DNA of 61,387 nucleotides, counting the filler, from Sphacelaria rigidula (Eukaryota): NCBI GenBank assembly GCA_964200075.2. It is 8 parts of 8 records of this genome, joined end to end, with 100 filler letters (N's around TTAATTAATTAA, not from the genome) between each part and the next. Parts side by side here need not be neighbours in the genome. Positions count along the whole stretch, not along the records: positions 46,118 to 53,702 come from CAXNAA020014213.1; positions 53,803 to 61,387 come from CAXNAA020014214.1; 6 more parts are not named here. One strand, written 5' to 3'. The position numbers and the translations under genes were made by a program. The notes below the pieces were generated by a model that worked only from the letters and a program-made list of their open reading frames with translations, did no database searches and was not told the origin of the DNA. The stretch's first letter is position 1. Each line of letters begins with the position of its first letter. Positions 47,906 to 61,115 of this stretch are shown piece by piece.

Positions 47906-50900
47906 CTACATATTATTCATGACAATATTTCGGTGAAACTCAGAAGACTCTGTCGGCAACACCTTAGTGAGGAAATCTGCATGTTGATACTCCGATCTCA
48001 CGTGAATAACCGAAACCTCATTCCTTCCAACCAACTCCCTGATAAAATGATGCCGTACGTCGATTTGCTTGGAGTTGGAGTTCGTGATTGGGTTCTTTGC
48101 CAACTGAATAGCTCCCTGATTATCCTCAAACACCGGGATGCATGGCATTCCCATCTGCGGCAACATGAAACGCCAAACTTATCTAAAAAATAATACCTCC
48201 TTCAGAATATCTGTCATGGCAACGTACTCTCCTTCCGTTGTGGACAGCGTCACACACTTCTGAGTCCTTGAAAACCAAGACACACATCCACCTCCACACA
48301 TTACCAGCCCTCCTGATACTGACCGCCTATCAGCTGCCTTACTTGGGTAGTCTGCGTCTGCAAACACATGAAACCTCAACCCCTGTATAATTCCTCTGCG
48401 AAAAGAAATCCCCAGCGAACTTGTTCGCCTAACATACCCCAATACCCCAAGCGCAGCACGCCAATGAAGGTCTTTTGATGAGGCACAGTACCTCGCTACT
48501 GCACGTACTGCGTTAGATATGTCTGGCATCGTTTGAGTTGCCAGTCACATCAGTGACCCTATCAATTCCCGAAACGGAAAATCCGTTGCCTGCTCTTCTA
48601 CACTGAACTCTTCAAGCTTCGCACCAACAGCGATAGGAATACTCTTTCCCCACTCTATTCCATATTCCTCCGCCAACTCTTTTGCGTATGTTTGTTGTGA
48701 AATATTTAGAGTCCCCCTTTCAATATCTCTCATAGTACTGTCCAGAATACCAACGCAAATCCCCGAGGTTTTTGACCGGAACTATCGTCTTGATATCTTC
48801 ACCAAACTCGTCACATCTGTCCTTCTCTCCCACTGCGAATATATCATCTACATGTACTACAATGGTGATAATCACCCTGCCATCCTCAATCAACCGAAAT
48901 ACACACGAATCCGCCAAGCACTGATCAAATCCCAAAACAAATAAATACCCCGCCAGGCGATTATGCCACTGCCTTCTTGCCTGTTTCAATCCGTACAAAC
49001 TTTTGTTGAGTCTTACTACTTTACCAGATAAGCTTCCACAACCAAGTGGCAACCGCATGAAAATATCCTCGTCCAACTCAGACTGTACAAAAGCTTATTC
49101 GATATCAAAATGACGCAACGCAAGATTGTAATCGCAAGCCAGAGACACCAACAAACGTACGCTAGGAACTGCTACAGTGGGGGCATACAACTCTCCAAAA
49201 TCTATGTTCTCCCTCTGCATATCTCCTCTTGCTACTAGTCTCGACTTCATCTTCGTGGGCCATCCAAACTCGTCCGCCTTCCAGTTATATATCCACTTTG
49301 CATGGATATAGTTGTCCACGAGTTGCTCTTCCGCTGAGTCGATCGTCCCCGCCTCCAGAATTCCCCGTCATTCCCGCCCCATCGAGTCCCTCCATAAATT
49401 ACCGTACTCCGAGCGCACCGCCTGCGTGTATCCGTTGGGGACCTTGAGATCCTTCGCTGGACACGGTGAGAGTTCCGGTGGGATGTGCGGCGGGCGCTGC
49501 TCACGTAAAGCAGAATCTATATCTTCACGCGTCGCCAGCCTCGTCGCGAGTCACATCGGTATCGCCCCGCGCCCCCCTTTCTCACCATCCTTGCCCTGTC
49601 GCCCGGCATCAACTACGCCGCGCGTGAGGAGAGCAGACAGCAAAGATCGCTTATCCAACTGCTGCATGAGTCCACAGCTGTGATGCAAGAGTGCAGCCTT
49701 GTCTGTCTTGCATTGCGTCGACCCTAACCGCGTCCGCCCTGGCTGCCGGGGGTCTGTTTCCAGATCCAGCTCCTTCCTCACGTTCATTGGGAGCGCCGAG
49801 AAAGAATGGTCTATCACTTCAGAGGCGGACGATGCATCGCGCGACGCAGTCGAGGATGATGCTGATGGTATCGGTGATGAGATCGGGGCCGAAGAGCCGG
49901 AGGACATCGGCGGGGATGTCGGCGGCGATCGATGCTTCGGCGGAGTGGACGGGCGCGGCGGCGGCGGCAGTACTGGCTGAGTCGACTGAGTCGGCGGAGT
50001 CTGCTGGCGCGGCGACGGCGGCGGTTCGAACTCCACTGTGTGATATGTCGGCGGGAGCAGCGATGTGGCGACGGCGGCGGCGGTGCTGCCATGAGCCTCC
50101 TTCCCACCTACGAGCGGCGTCTGGACCTCCCCCCCCCCGACGAGCGGCGTCCCGTGGTGCTGCTCTGCTGACGGCGCGGCGTCGGCGGCGGCGACGGTAC
50201 TGGATCGGGCCTCTTCCCCCCCGACGATCGGCGTTGCTGACGATTGCAGTGGCACACGACTGCTGCCGAGATAGTCCCCCCCCGTACCGGCCCAAAAAGT
50301 GCACGGAGGCGATGACAATAAATGCCGTTAGAGCTGGTTTCGTGCTGCACGACTTGATTCATTTTGGCGTTATAGCTGATTTTGGACTGCTACACGCCTC
50401 TCACGTGGTCGAAATTGCTGCAAACGAGCCTGATAGTAGGATCGCAGCCGGTATGTCGGACGGTCCCCGGTGCACGTTTTGTGGGGGGGCTATCTCGGCA
50501 TTAGTCACACGTGGTACCGTCCAGACAACGTTGTTGGTGTAGCAGACGGCACCTGTAGCAGCCTTCAGGACCTAGACCGTCGATGAAGAATGGTTAGTGC
50601 CATTATTGAGGTAATGAAAGGCCACGGACTGAACATCCATCTCTCGTCGGCGGTTGACCTGCATCATGCCGGGTTGCAGAAACGGCAGAAACGGCACAAT
50701 CTGTAGCGGCGGGCGCTTGCCGATGAACACTTCAAGCGGCGACAGTCTTCCCGGGTTCGCCGTAGTAGAGGAACGATTGAACCCGTCCGCTGCCCACACC
50801 GCGGCCTCCAGCCACAGGCGCTCCATGTTCTCCCCCAGGTGAGGTATATCGTCGAAGCGGCACTCCGGGAACAGACGTCGCGCTTCGAGACGGGCAGCGT

Positions 50901-51710
50901 GGCCCCCCTTCATGACCCTCCACATTGCATTTTCCACCACAGCGTTGTGCTTCGGAGTGTCGGGGGCAGTGTACTCATGACGAATCGTTGCATCGTCGCA
51001 GAATGCGCCGAAATCGTTGGAGGTGAACTCGCCCCCGTTGTCCATGCGAAAACAACCGGGTATACCGATGGCGCTGACGTCGGCGATGAAACGTTTCACC
51101 TTCGCCAGCGTGTCAGACTTACGTGCGAGGCCATAAAACATCATGAAGCGCGACTTGCTGTCGACGCAGCCCAGCATATTGGGCCCAGGCTTCGCGGAAT
51201 ACCTGCCCTCTGTCCCTTCGCTTCCAAAGATCCCGCACATGGCGCCAGTACCCCCGTCAATGTAATGCCCTGTTTCGCAGTTTCTCGCAGTAACGTCTCA
51301 TGAATGTGGGGAAGGGAAACGTGGAAAAACTTAAGGTCGACTTGTTGCGTTGGGTTTCCAACTGAAAATGGGTGAGAGCTGGGGACAAGAACAGCCAGGA
51401 CCGTCCCGTATTTAGCCACAACTCCCATTCCTTCACTCAGAAAACGCGGAAACAAATCTCGGGGAGGGGTCATGTCAAATCTGGCCATCAGGGCTTCATC
51501 CTTGAACACACTCAAGTCTGGGCAGTGAAGTCCTTGGACTGCACGGAGGGAACCAACACTATTCGTGGGAGCAGGTACAACGCTTCCAGGGGAAGCGGAC
51601 TGTACGCCAACACTTGAAGTCACAACGGTCGCCGGAGGAACGGACTGGAATCGAACGCTTGGGGGAGGGGCAGTAACAACTACAGCTTCATCGAATATAC
51701 TCACACTCAA
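47906..51710 (-). mobile_element. Ty1/Copia pol (GAG-pre-IN, integrase, linker, RT, RNase H), decayed
   Basis: FHVSLPHIHETLLRETAKQ; VDSKSRF..RMDNGGEF..APDTPKHNAVVE; KSRLVARG; KSLYGLKQARRQW; VHVDD; FADADY..RRSVSG; FEDNQGA..QHADFLTK. Confidence 0.93.
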
Positions 51711-52679
51711 GTATAGTATTCATGGTTGATTGGATTTGCCTGGAGTAGGTTTGTACCTCGGTTAAGGATCGGGTATAAACGGTCAAGTGCACGTACTGTT
51801 TGCGACTGTTAAATTGGGCGGAAAATGAGAATATCTCTCATGTTACACATGACAATTCCTGGTGTAGGCACGGTGGCTTGTGGTGTGTAGCAACAACGAC
51901 GATTATGGTACTTTGTGTGTCCATGTAAGATTATGGTGTTTGACGCAGTTATAGGATGTGTGTTTATGTTGCGCTCGTGTGATTGATGGCTGGGAAGGGA
52001 GATGAGTTTTACCGATTTGTGCGGTTGGGTTTCCCCACAGTATTCAGCTGTGTTCGTCCCAATCCGTTCAAGTCTGTTGTGTTCGTCTCAGTCCGTTCAA
52101 GTTTGTTGTGTTTGTCCCAGTCCGTTCCAGTATGTTCTAGTTGGTCAATATATGATATGCATCAATGAGTAAATATACATCAAGGATTCTGCCTACGGGC
52201 TTCTACCCGATTGACCCCCCCTGCGCCGTCGTGGAGGTCCTCCCGGAGTACCTGAATTTTCGTGCATTCAATTATGCTAGCATATGGTCGATCATCGAAG
52301 CGTGTCCAGAGTGCAAAACCTTGGAGGACTGGTATCATGGGGGTATGGAAGTCAGGATGGTACGAGTATCTATACGAAGAGTGGCCGGCAGAAACCAGGC
52401 GTTGGTTTTCATACCAATTTCAACAGGCGTTTCAACGACAGGAGGTTCTGCAGTTGTGGAATACATTCCGGGTTGTCTCACGTGCACGTGCTATAGAGCA
52501 GGCGAGGCGACCGGGTCTTGAAGCGGCAACGTCAGCGGCAACCCTTGAACCGATAAGACAGGTTTCGCAAGAGGCAATGTCGGCTACGACCCTTCGGCCG
52601 TGAGTACCCCCCTCAACCAGCACTGCCCGAGATCCACAGTTTGAATACTTCCGAGAAACTTCCGCAGAAATCGAAGCCA

Positions 52680-52770
52680 GCAGCAGCAACAACAACGACG
52701 ACGATAAAGAAAACGACAACAACGACGACGATAACGACGACAACAACAACGACGACAACAACGACGACCG
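52680..52770. repeat. (ACA/ACG)n trinucleotide tract
   Basis: Visible imperfect triplet repeat. Confidence 0.85.
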
Positions 52771-53609
52771 CAGCGGAGGCGACGAAACCACGGACCACAG
52801 CCAAAGCAGCGAGGGCAACGGGTTCTACTAGGTGACACCCGGAACGCCGAAAAATCTCTCCGCTGATGAACAAGACCGGAAAAGCGCGAGAGCAGCCCGG
52901 GAGTTGGACCACCCTTTCGATCGGGGGAAGCCTCTCCGGGATGGTGGAGTACAGCAGCGGACGAAGCTAGAAGATACCGGACATCCAGGCCTTTGACCCG
53001 GCCAAAGGCACGTGTTGTACCATCCCACCATTGCTGTGGAGTGTTTTGGTGTGTGTTTCTGTGTGCTTATTTTCGTGGGCTGATTGACTTTTTCCGTTGC
53101 TTGTGTAAGCAACAGTGTTGAAGAAACGGTCCGATTTTCGTGTTTTTGGTTTTTTGTATTTTGCACGACGCTCTGATTGCCTTGTTCTGAGACGGAGCAC
53201 AAGTTTGAAGCCAGATTGATTCGTGTATGTTTTAACGTGATTTTGATTTGTGCAAGGCTTCTGCTTGCCCTTCTTTCCTGCGGGAATGATGCATGTACTT
53301 CCCTTTTGGCTGTGTTAGGGGGTATTATATCCCGTCATGAAGTTTCGGACGCGTCACCAAGTAGAATGTCATGAGATGCGCCTGTCCATCCAGGTTTTCA
53401 CGTCTATAGTGTACCACATTGGACTGGTATGAAGGGTTTGGTAATCTACTATTCTGCCCTAAAAAATGATGGCTTGCATTTGTAGTAAACGTGCTATTTT
53501 CCCATTGTTTTCGAGTTGTAGGTACATGGATGTGTTACATGTTATTCAGGGGTGTTACCTTCCGTGATGATACGATATATTTTTGTACTGAGTTGACTCT
53601 AACGCGACC

Positions 53610-53699
53610 TGTGACGGTTTAAGAGACAATCAACTAGACTACTGACAAGTCAGCGCTGACCTGTCAGTAGTCTAGTTGGTTGTCTCTCAACCCGTCACA
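53610..53699. repeat. 90-bp loopless imperfect palindrome
   Basis: TGTGACGG..ACTGACAAGTCAGC|GCTGACCTGTCAGT..CCGTCACA. Confidence 0.85.
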
Positions 53700-53702
53700 A
53701 AA

Positions 53703-53802
53703 NNNNNNNNNNNNNNNNNNNNNNNNNNNNNNNNNNNNNNNNNNNNTTAATTAATTAANNNNNNNNNNNNNNNNNNNNNNNNNNNNNNNNNNNNNNNNNN
53801 NN
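53703..53802. other. artificial contig spacer
   Basis: N44-TTAATTAATTAA-N44. Confidence 0.98.
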
Positions 53803-54113
53803 GATCCCTTGAGACCACGGACTCATCCCGAGGAAGGGGAGGGATTCAAAGTGTGAGAAAAAAAAGAAAAACACAGCATTCATTTCCTTTTTTTTTTCAT
53901 GTCGTAGTCTACTATGTTGTTCTGTTCTACCTTTTTTGTTCCTTCTCTCTTCTTCAGGGATTGTTTCAGCTTTTTCTTGTCTCGGGTACGTGTGTCATGT
54001 GGATAATGATCCCAGCTGGATCATGTCTACCTGGGGAGTCAGTAAAAGTACGACAATTAACGATCAATAAAAAATAAAAAATAAACGCAAATCGCATCGA
54101 TCAGCGTCTTTAC

Positions 54114-54202
54114 CTTCGGTGAAGGCGTTCGACTCGGGTGAGGGGAGACGGATCCCACTGCGTATGTTGAGCCAGGAAATCTACCGTTGCTGTTGGCCCC
54201 CC
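54114..54202 (-). CDS. seipin, exon 3
   Basis: CAG|GGGGGG..AG|GTAAAG; GGPTATVDFLAQHTQWDPSPLTRVERLHR; phase 0 matches exon 2. Confidence 0.6.
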
Positions 54203-54560
54203 CTGATGCCATCGCGAAGCATCAACAACACGAACAACACGCGGCGAAGAGACACGCAGCATCAACAAAAGCACGGTAGAACGCGCTGGGGAAGCCGAAG
54301 AAACAACAGAAGCAAATCTAATTATTGAAGCATAGACAGCAACGAAATGTCGGTAAGGTAGCATGTAAGAGTTACAACAGCGACAGCAACATGAGCACAT
54401 ACACACACCTCCAAGTCGACTGTGCACATGTCGGACAGTGCAAGGTACACAACTATCGGGCACGCCGATTTCCGATTCTCCAAAAAAACTCAAAATACAT
54501 GGCATGACCTGAACAATCTGCGACTTTGAGATGGGCACGGTTTTGATGCCCGATTCTTAC

Positions 54561-54695
54561 CATGCCTGTCGCCCCGTAGTCGAAAAACAGCTGCTTGTCG
54601 TGCACCCGGAGCGGCATGACCAGCCAGTACAGGGCGCCATATATCACTCCCGCCGACATTAGCACGGCCAATAGCACCAGTAGATATTGCATACC
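54561..54695 (-). CDS. seipin (BSCL2-like), exon 2, first transmembrane helix
   Basis: CAG|GGT..ATG|GTAAGA; LLVLLAVLMSAGVIYGALYWLVMPLRVHDKQLFFDY fits the seipin Y..Y...P...H...F.Y signature. Confidence 0.75.
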
Positions 54696-54911
54696 CTGAT
54701 TTCATCGGATGGTATACGCATGGTGTTACAACATGTGCCTCGCCACGTGGGCAAACACTTCGTACGGAGATTAACATTTAGTCAGGAAAAATTGTACCAA
54801 TTTCCACCATCCAAATGGGCACAGCGTGAATGTATACATAAATATGTATATATTCGAAGTGGCACAATGTGAGTTAACCAGAAGCAAATCAAAATGATTA
54901 TTGCATTATTG

Positions 54912-55049
54912 CACACCATGGGCAATAGAATACACAGTCAAAACGTGTACTACGTACAGTATCGACTACTGCGCCTACTGCAACAGACAATAGATGTAAT
55001 ACTGTACGCTCTCCATTTTTTTACAAAAAAATCTCTTGTCCAGGGTGTG
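54912..55049. mobile_element. hAT-like MITE, family C (intronic)
   Basis: CACACCATGGGCAATAG...TTGTCCAGGGTGTG; flanks CATTATTG/CATTGTTG. Confidence 0.8.
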
Positions 55050-56079
55050 CATTGTTGAGCATTCACTCACGTTGATATTTTTGGACGTCAACCGACCGGT
55101 CTCGCCCACATATTCGTCGAGATATTGCACGTTCTACGACTTTGGTGCTGGGCATACAAAAGGAAGCGATGAGCATGCTACGTTGCTTTGATTTCGTACT
55201 TTTGGGGGTCCCAAGGGAAACCGCTCCATGAGCGCTACTACCTCATGTAAGGACTAATACTGACGGTGCTGCAAAAGGCGAGCCTACATCTGTGACCAGG
55301 GTTCGAGAGATCAGGCTAATGTGCAGAAATAATAATCATGATTTCGTGACCCTGAAACCGTGTATGGCCGTCGTAACGGCGGTGATAAAGCCAAGAGATG
55401 AGGTGGCATTTATGAGGCGACTTAGATCTGGCGAAGCTGACCACAGCGGCTTGTCGCTGGGAGTTGCGGCGTCCAGCCCCAGTAATCTGACCCCGATGAC
55501 GCTAGGCTGACGTGTAACGATTTAGATACAACCCCCCCGCCTCAAGGTGCCCGAGCTTCGACAGCATTCAGATTGTATCTGGAACGGTTACATCGTGTTG
55601 GGCACAAGAGCTTGACAGTGGACCACTAGAGCCTAGCGTACACGTATGAAAAAGTGATCACCCATCTACAGACTTATCTATGAAAATAAACCCCTTCTAC
55701 GGCGAAGTATCTACGTTCTCTCTTTCATGGGATATTTTGTGGTTTTCGCGCCGTAGAGGTGATCGTTCTCGCCAGCTAGCGGTGAGAACGCTTTTGCATA
55801 TTTTTTCATATTTTCTCTTGCATGTTGAGTGCCCGAGGCGACGATTCGCACAGGGGGTTGGTGTTCATGAGTTCGTAATCGCCGCATGCCCGCTCATCTT
55901 GACAGATTTGTGAGGCAATATTGCGCCTGATATAATATCATCGTGTTTACCACCCCCTCAAAAACAACACATGAGGGAGTTAGTATTTTCGATTAAGCGT
56001 GATTCCTCGGAGAGCTCCGGCTCTACTTTAACCCTTGCAGCGAATAAACAGACGACGGATATCTTTCTGTGCTTTGATT

Positions 56080-56277
56080 TTGTTGACTTTTTTTTACTAT
56101 TTTTTTCACGCCTTAGTCTACTTTGCCGTTCTGTTTGAGTTTTTCTGTTCCTTCTTTTTCTTCAGCGAGTGTTTTCAGTTTTGTCTTTTTTTGAGTAGGT
56201 CTACCATGTGACCACGGCTGAATCCCTGGAGGGTCAGTTAAAGTGCGACAATCAATCAACCTATCGATCAATCAACG
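56080..56277 (+). mobile_element. LINE/SINE 3' end with (AATC)n-type tail; relatives near 53803-54080 (+), 58600-58661 (+) and 59705-59810 (-)
   Basis: Shared TCTACCATGTGACCA.GGCTG.ATCCCTGG.GGGTCA..TGCG.CAATCAAT core. Confidence 0.65.
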
Positions 56278-58432
56278 ATAATTCTCGACAAATACCCGAA
56301 CATATGCCTCATTGTACAACAAACAATGGTCATTTCCAAGTAACGGCATCAGAAACGGAACCGCACAGAACTCGCCCTGTACTGCCCAAAGTATACTTTC
56401 GATTCACCCACGAGTAGGGCGTGCTACTCCGACGGTAGTACAGCACCCCCCTTGTTCTATCAGTACGATCGCTTCTCGGCTTATGCCGACAACATTTTCC
56501 CGAAAAACACCGTCAAGAAACCGTTTGTCGCGTTGAATAGCTCTCGACTTTGGCTTGCACGGAGATATATGAAATGCGAATTTTCTACTCAAGACGGTTG
56601 AGTCATGCGATCTCGTTATGATTGACTTGTTGCGGACAAGCACCCTACCCATGGCATGCCGATCGCGCTGCTATCCTCTCGTCGCGATCTCCCGCACCAC
56701 ACTGGTGTAGTGTGGTGCTGAATGATGTACGATCCACCTCAAACATACGATGATGCAGTAAGGTACACTGCGATATTGGATCCTCAACTAAACATACTGA
56801 ACAAAGTAGGTACAGGTAGAATGACAAGCATGGACCCCTACGCCGCTCTGGCGCTCTGACCCCACCCCGCCTAACATCGTACACATGAGAGGAGGAGGGA
56901 CCGACCGCGGACAACACATCGACCACCGTGGAAACACAGACCCATAGTCGTTGTGCACAATGGATCTTTTGGCGTGAAAAACATGCGTGATGCACTGCAA
57001 TGCTGTACGGTACTTCACAGTACCCCAGTGGACTTGCGGGGTCATCAATAAACTGTCCTGTTCTGAAAGACCCTGTGCATGTAAGATGCGCTGTAAATGT
57101 AAGTACCCACAAAAAATACTATAGTTATGTGTGTATACCGTAGCACTCGTTGATTGACATGTTGGTTGTGATGCACAGCACATCACGCTACCAAATGACA
57201 CGAAGCGAAAGTCGACACAGTCGCAGAGAAACGTATGATACTTCATTGGGCAGATTTCTGTCAGCCGTAGTGTACTCACTCGTTGGCTGTACATGTGCTG
57301 GACACTTTGTGTTGGAGAGCTGCATATAAATACTCAACGGTACAATGTCCATGCACACCACTGATGGCTTTCATCTCAACTGCATAGATACCGAAGCATT
57401 CATCAGTTACAAAGGAGGTGAATCACAGTACAGTATCGGTGTTACCGAATGAGCAAAAAATTGTGGGGTACCTCCCAATTTTTTCTGTGTACTCTCAGAC
57501 GGAAACCGAACGGTGTTTCTTTCACTGTCAATATTCGGCGGACGATCTAGCACATTCGGAATATTTGGCTTTGCTACTAACATTGCTTGTTTTGCAGCTG
57601 TGTGCAGATCTTATGGCTAACTACAGCCAGTAATTTGCGGGAAGATATTATTGAAAAAAAAAACACTAGGTTTTGTACTCAAACACGTTTGTTTTGAGAT
57701 TAGATACGGGATCCACTAAAATAGAGTCAGTAACTGGATAATATGAAATTAATGAAGAAACAATTTCAGTTATGTCCGTCAACCCGCTGCTTCTATTCTT
57801 TCGGCAAAAGCTCCCAGGACCCTTGTGAAGTCGGGGAGCCAAAGAGTTCCACAACTTCGTGGACAAAGCGATACGACCACCACAACCGTTCATTGTCGCC
57901 CTTGCATCGGTAACTACCTCCTGGCCGATATGACCTTTGGGGAATAACTCCAACTCGCGGTAGCACGATGGAACATCGCGATTGTGCGTTGGGTAGGGTA
58001 AATACCCAGGTATTTACTCTCCCGAAATTTTGTGTTGCGCTGGTCCGATCTCCAAAGAATACCCGAACACTGAGTATAGTTAGGTACGATCGCAATGCTC
58101 TACCCCACATCTGGTTATTATTGGTATAATCTCAATCAAAACTCTACCCAAAAATTGGATACTCAGAAATTGTTTTTTTTTTTAATAACCAAATATTATA
58201 AATATCCTACCCAACAAACCCTTGGAACAAAAGTGACACAAGGTTACCGGCGGTCAAGGCCTGGCAGCTCCGTTAGAGGGCGGGCACTGAGGAATCCAAC
58301 GAGTATGTCCTACATTTGCGGCTTGGGGCTTGGGGGAATCCCGAATCAGTCTGATTGCAACCATAACGCAAACGCCCACACGATCCCTATATCAAACGAA
58401 TTATATACTCCTTCTTTTTTATTTTACGATTC

Positions 58433-58576
58433 CACACCCTGGACAATAGAATACACAGTCAACAAGTGTACTGCGTACAGTATCGACTATTGCGCCTATT
58501 GGAATAGACAATAGATTCCATACTGTACGCAGTAGCAGTACATTTTTTGACAATGGGATCTATTGTCCAGGGTGTG
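58433..58576. mobile_element. hAT-like MITE, family C
   Basis: CACACCCTGGACAATAGA...TCTATTGTCCAGGGTGTG; interior similar to the 54912 copy. Confidence 0.8.
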
Positions 58577-60866
58577 TATTATTATGTCCTTTTTTGCTGC
58601 TCCTGACCACGGACTGGACTGTTGCAATCAGCTTATGTGCGATAATCAATCGATCAATCAATACTAGTATTGATACCCAGTAAGGGACGAAACGGATGAC
58701 TTTCACAGAGATCAAGGTACGAACTTTACAGAAAGCAACGCACGCTACCTAAATCACGGGCATTGAACCAAAGGGTGCACAGCAACTGCTGCCATGGTTT
58801 TGCGCGGCATCCGACAGGTGAGCTGACGCTGTTGTTTCGTTTGCGTTGACCTCAAATACGTGCACTCTGCTTTTTGTGCAAACCTCGCAACAGAAAAGTT
58901 CGCCAAAAACACGCATATTCAAACCTGTTCCTTTACAGCACATGATCACTATTTTTTATCTGTTTGGTTTTCGGGAAAGTAAACTGCACGGCAAATTGAA
59001 GCCGACACAAGCATCCTTCATGTTCACTCAACCAAGTTGTCAGTTGTTTCATTCAAAGTTTATTCTGGAACCGCTTCCAGTTGTCGAGAGCTGCTCTGTG
59101 CTCTGTGTCTGCTCAAACCTCTTTTTGGGAAACGCTAGCTTTGACTTGCGCTCTCGGCTGAGGACTTTCGAGCTTAAGTCAAAACACCCTCTGAAAGTAG
59201 TGTGTTTTTTTTTCTAATCGAAGGGCCCGAAAAGACACTCACCCCATTCAACCGGCGCGGGCGTCGGATGGTGCTCGTACAAGTGTGGGGCGCACAGCGT
59301 GCCGCCTGCGGCGAGCAATCGTCTAAAATAGCTGTAGTAATCTGCACTAGGCACCAATAGTGGATTTCGAAGCGGTTATTTTCGCCCAGTTCGGGGACAA
59401 GCACGGAGACACTTTCTCATGAAAAAAGACATTGCTGTACTCCCTGCTACATATCCCCTTCACAAGGACCCTCACCCGGGGGGTGTTTCATAACGTACTA
59501 CCCGTTTGCGGGCGGGCTACATGATCCCTCTCAACGCATGAGAAGTCATGAAAGCATTGACACCATTAATGAGTATCTCTGGGTCAGAAAACACCACCGT
59601 TCGTTTGCAACAGGCCGAAACGGTGGATACTAGCTCCGGGGACGGCTATTTCTCCATCCATAATAGAAACAAGGTCCCAACCTCCACATGATTTTTTATC
59701 GACAGATGAATTGATTGCCGCACTTCAATTGACCCCCCAGGGATCCAGCCATGGTCACATGGTAGACGTACCCAAGACAAAACAAAGCTGAAACACTCGC
59801 CGACGAAAATATGAGATATCACCAATGCTCAGAAGATGTTTCTTTGTGGCCGTGCGTGTTATGCACTACTGGAAATTTCCGACTCATGAGGTCTTTAATG
59901 TACAACATTAGCCCGCATGCTGGTCAAAATTCATATGAACTAGAAGGAGTCGTTGGTCCAAGGCCTAAAAAGCTTGATTTGGCGTTTGCGAGGCTGGATG
60001 TCACCCTATTGGGCCGCAAGTTTTTTCTACCCCTACGAATTTGATAGCGTAGCTGCAATTTCTGGTTTGCCTTTGTTTAGAACCTGTCATGAATATCCCG
60101 GATTGGTCATATCGAGTGTAACAATATTGCACAGAGGGCCCTCGGATTCGGTGTCTGCGCCAACTTCCCGATCGTAATACGCTTGTTTCCTTGGTTACAG
60201 TCGGAACTGGATCCGGGAGATTTTGGTTTTGACGACCGCGGAATTGCCTCATTTCATTCCCCTGTGCAAAGCCACTCCGTGCTGGCTCTCAGACCTGATG
60301 TAAGTAATGTATATACAGTACGTACTGCTCAGCAACGTGCTACGGACTTCGGAAATTACTCCACCACTGTAACGACAAAACATTGTTCCACACCAACCAA
60401 ATATTATCATCACAGTACGGCAAAGGTCAATACCACACGAGGCAGCACTGCACAGCATGGTATAGCACAGGCTAATGCAACACAGTATGGTTGGTTGTGT
60501 CCGGCACAAAATACAGGAGATGCCATGTTGTGGGTGAGGGTGTGTACCACCCCTTGGTGATCGATCTAGCACGTACTAAAGAAACATGATCCGGTACACC
60601 CTGCAGCGGTGAAAGCGCCTAACAATGGGAGTATATCGAACAAAACTCTCCCGTGAGAAAAAAATCCAGCTACGTCGCCGCCGCAGCTCTTGAGAACATG
60701 GAGGGAGAGGTTGAAGGTACGCAGTAGGGGTGTTATATCCGGTATAGCACCCACTTTACTTTTGATTTACGTGCATCACGGTACCATATAGAGTACATTG
60801 TCAGTGAAATGGCCTGCACGGCACTACACTTTGCTGCCAGTCCGTACAACTACGGTAGTAGATCAC

Positions 60867-61115
60867 CTTCAGAGTGACATGCAACGCCCGATCGCAGAGA
60901 TCCGTGATAGACTCCGCGAAGCTAGCCAGTGGTCTGTTCTGCTGTTGACGACTATTATTGCCACTATTTGTCCAATGTTGACGTTGCTGCTGCATACTGT
61001 CCGCAGTCCCACGCCGCCCACCACCTCGTTGTAGCTGCTGTTGCTGCCGCTGTCCTTGCGCAGTGGCTTCCCCAATGACCACTCCCATAAAACTTTCGGC
61101 CAACGCTCTCATCAT
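60867..61115 (-). CDS. seipin, probable exon 1 (Q-rich N-terminus)
   Basis: CAACCATGATG start; MMRALAESFMG..QQQQ..CDRALHVTLK|GTGATC in phase 0 joins GMQYLL. Confidence 0.55.

Noticed and set aside
49551..50542. Long overlapping ORFs (255-283 aa) as genes
   Set aside because: GC-rich low-complexity Copia IN-RT linker and its antisense shadows.
55620..55920. Possible Harbinger transposase C-terminal relic (LHVEC..IAAC..LT)
   Set aside because: Only two weak motif echoes; insufficient.
3205..61115. Functional clustering of P5CR, MsrB, PP2A-A and seipin as a stress locus
   Set aside because: Each gene lies on a different unlinked contig.
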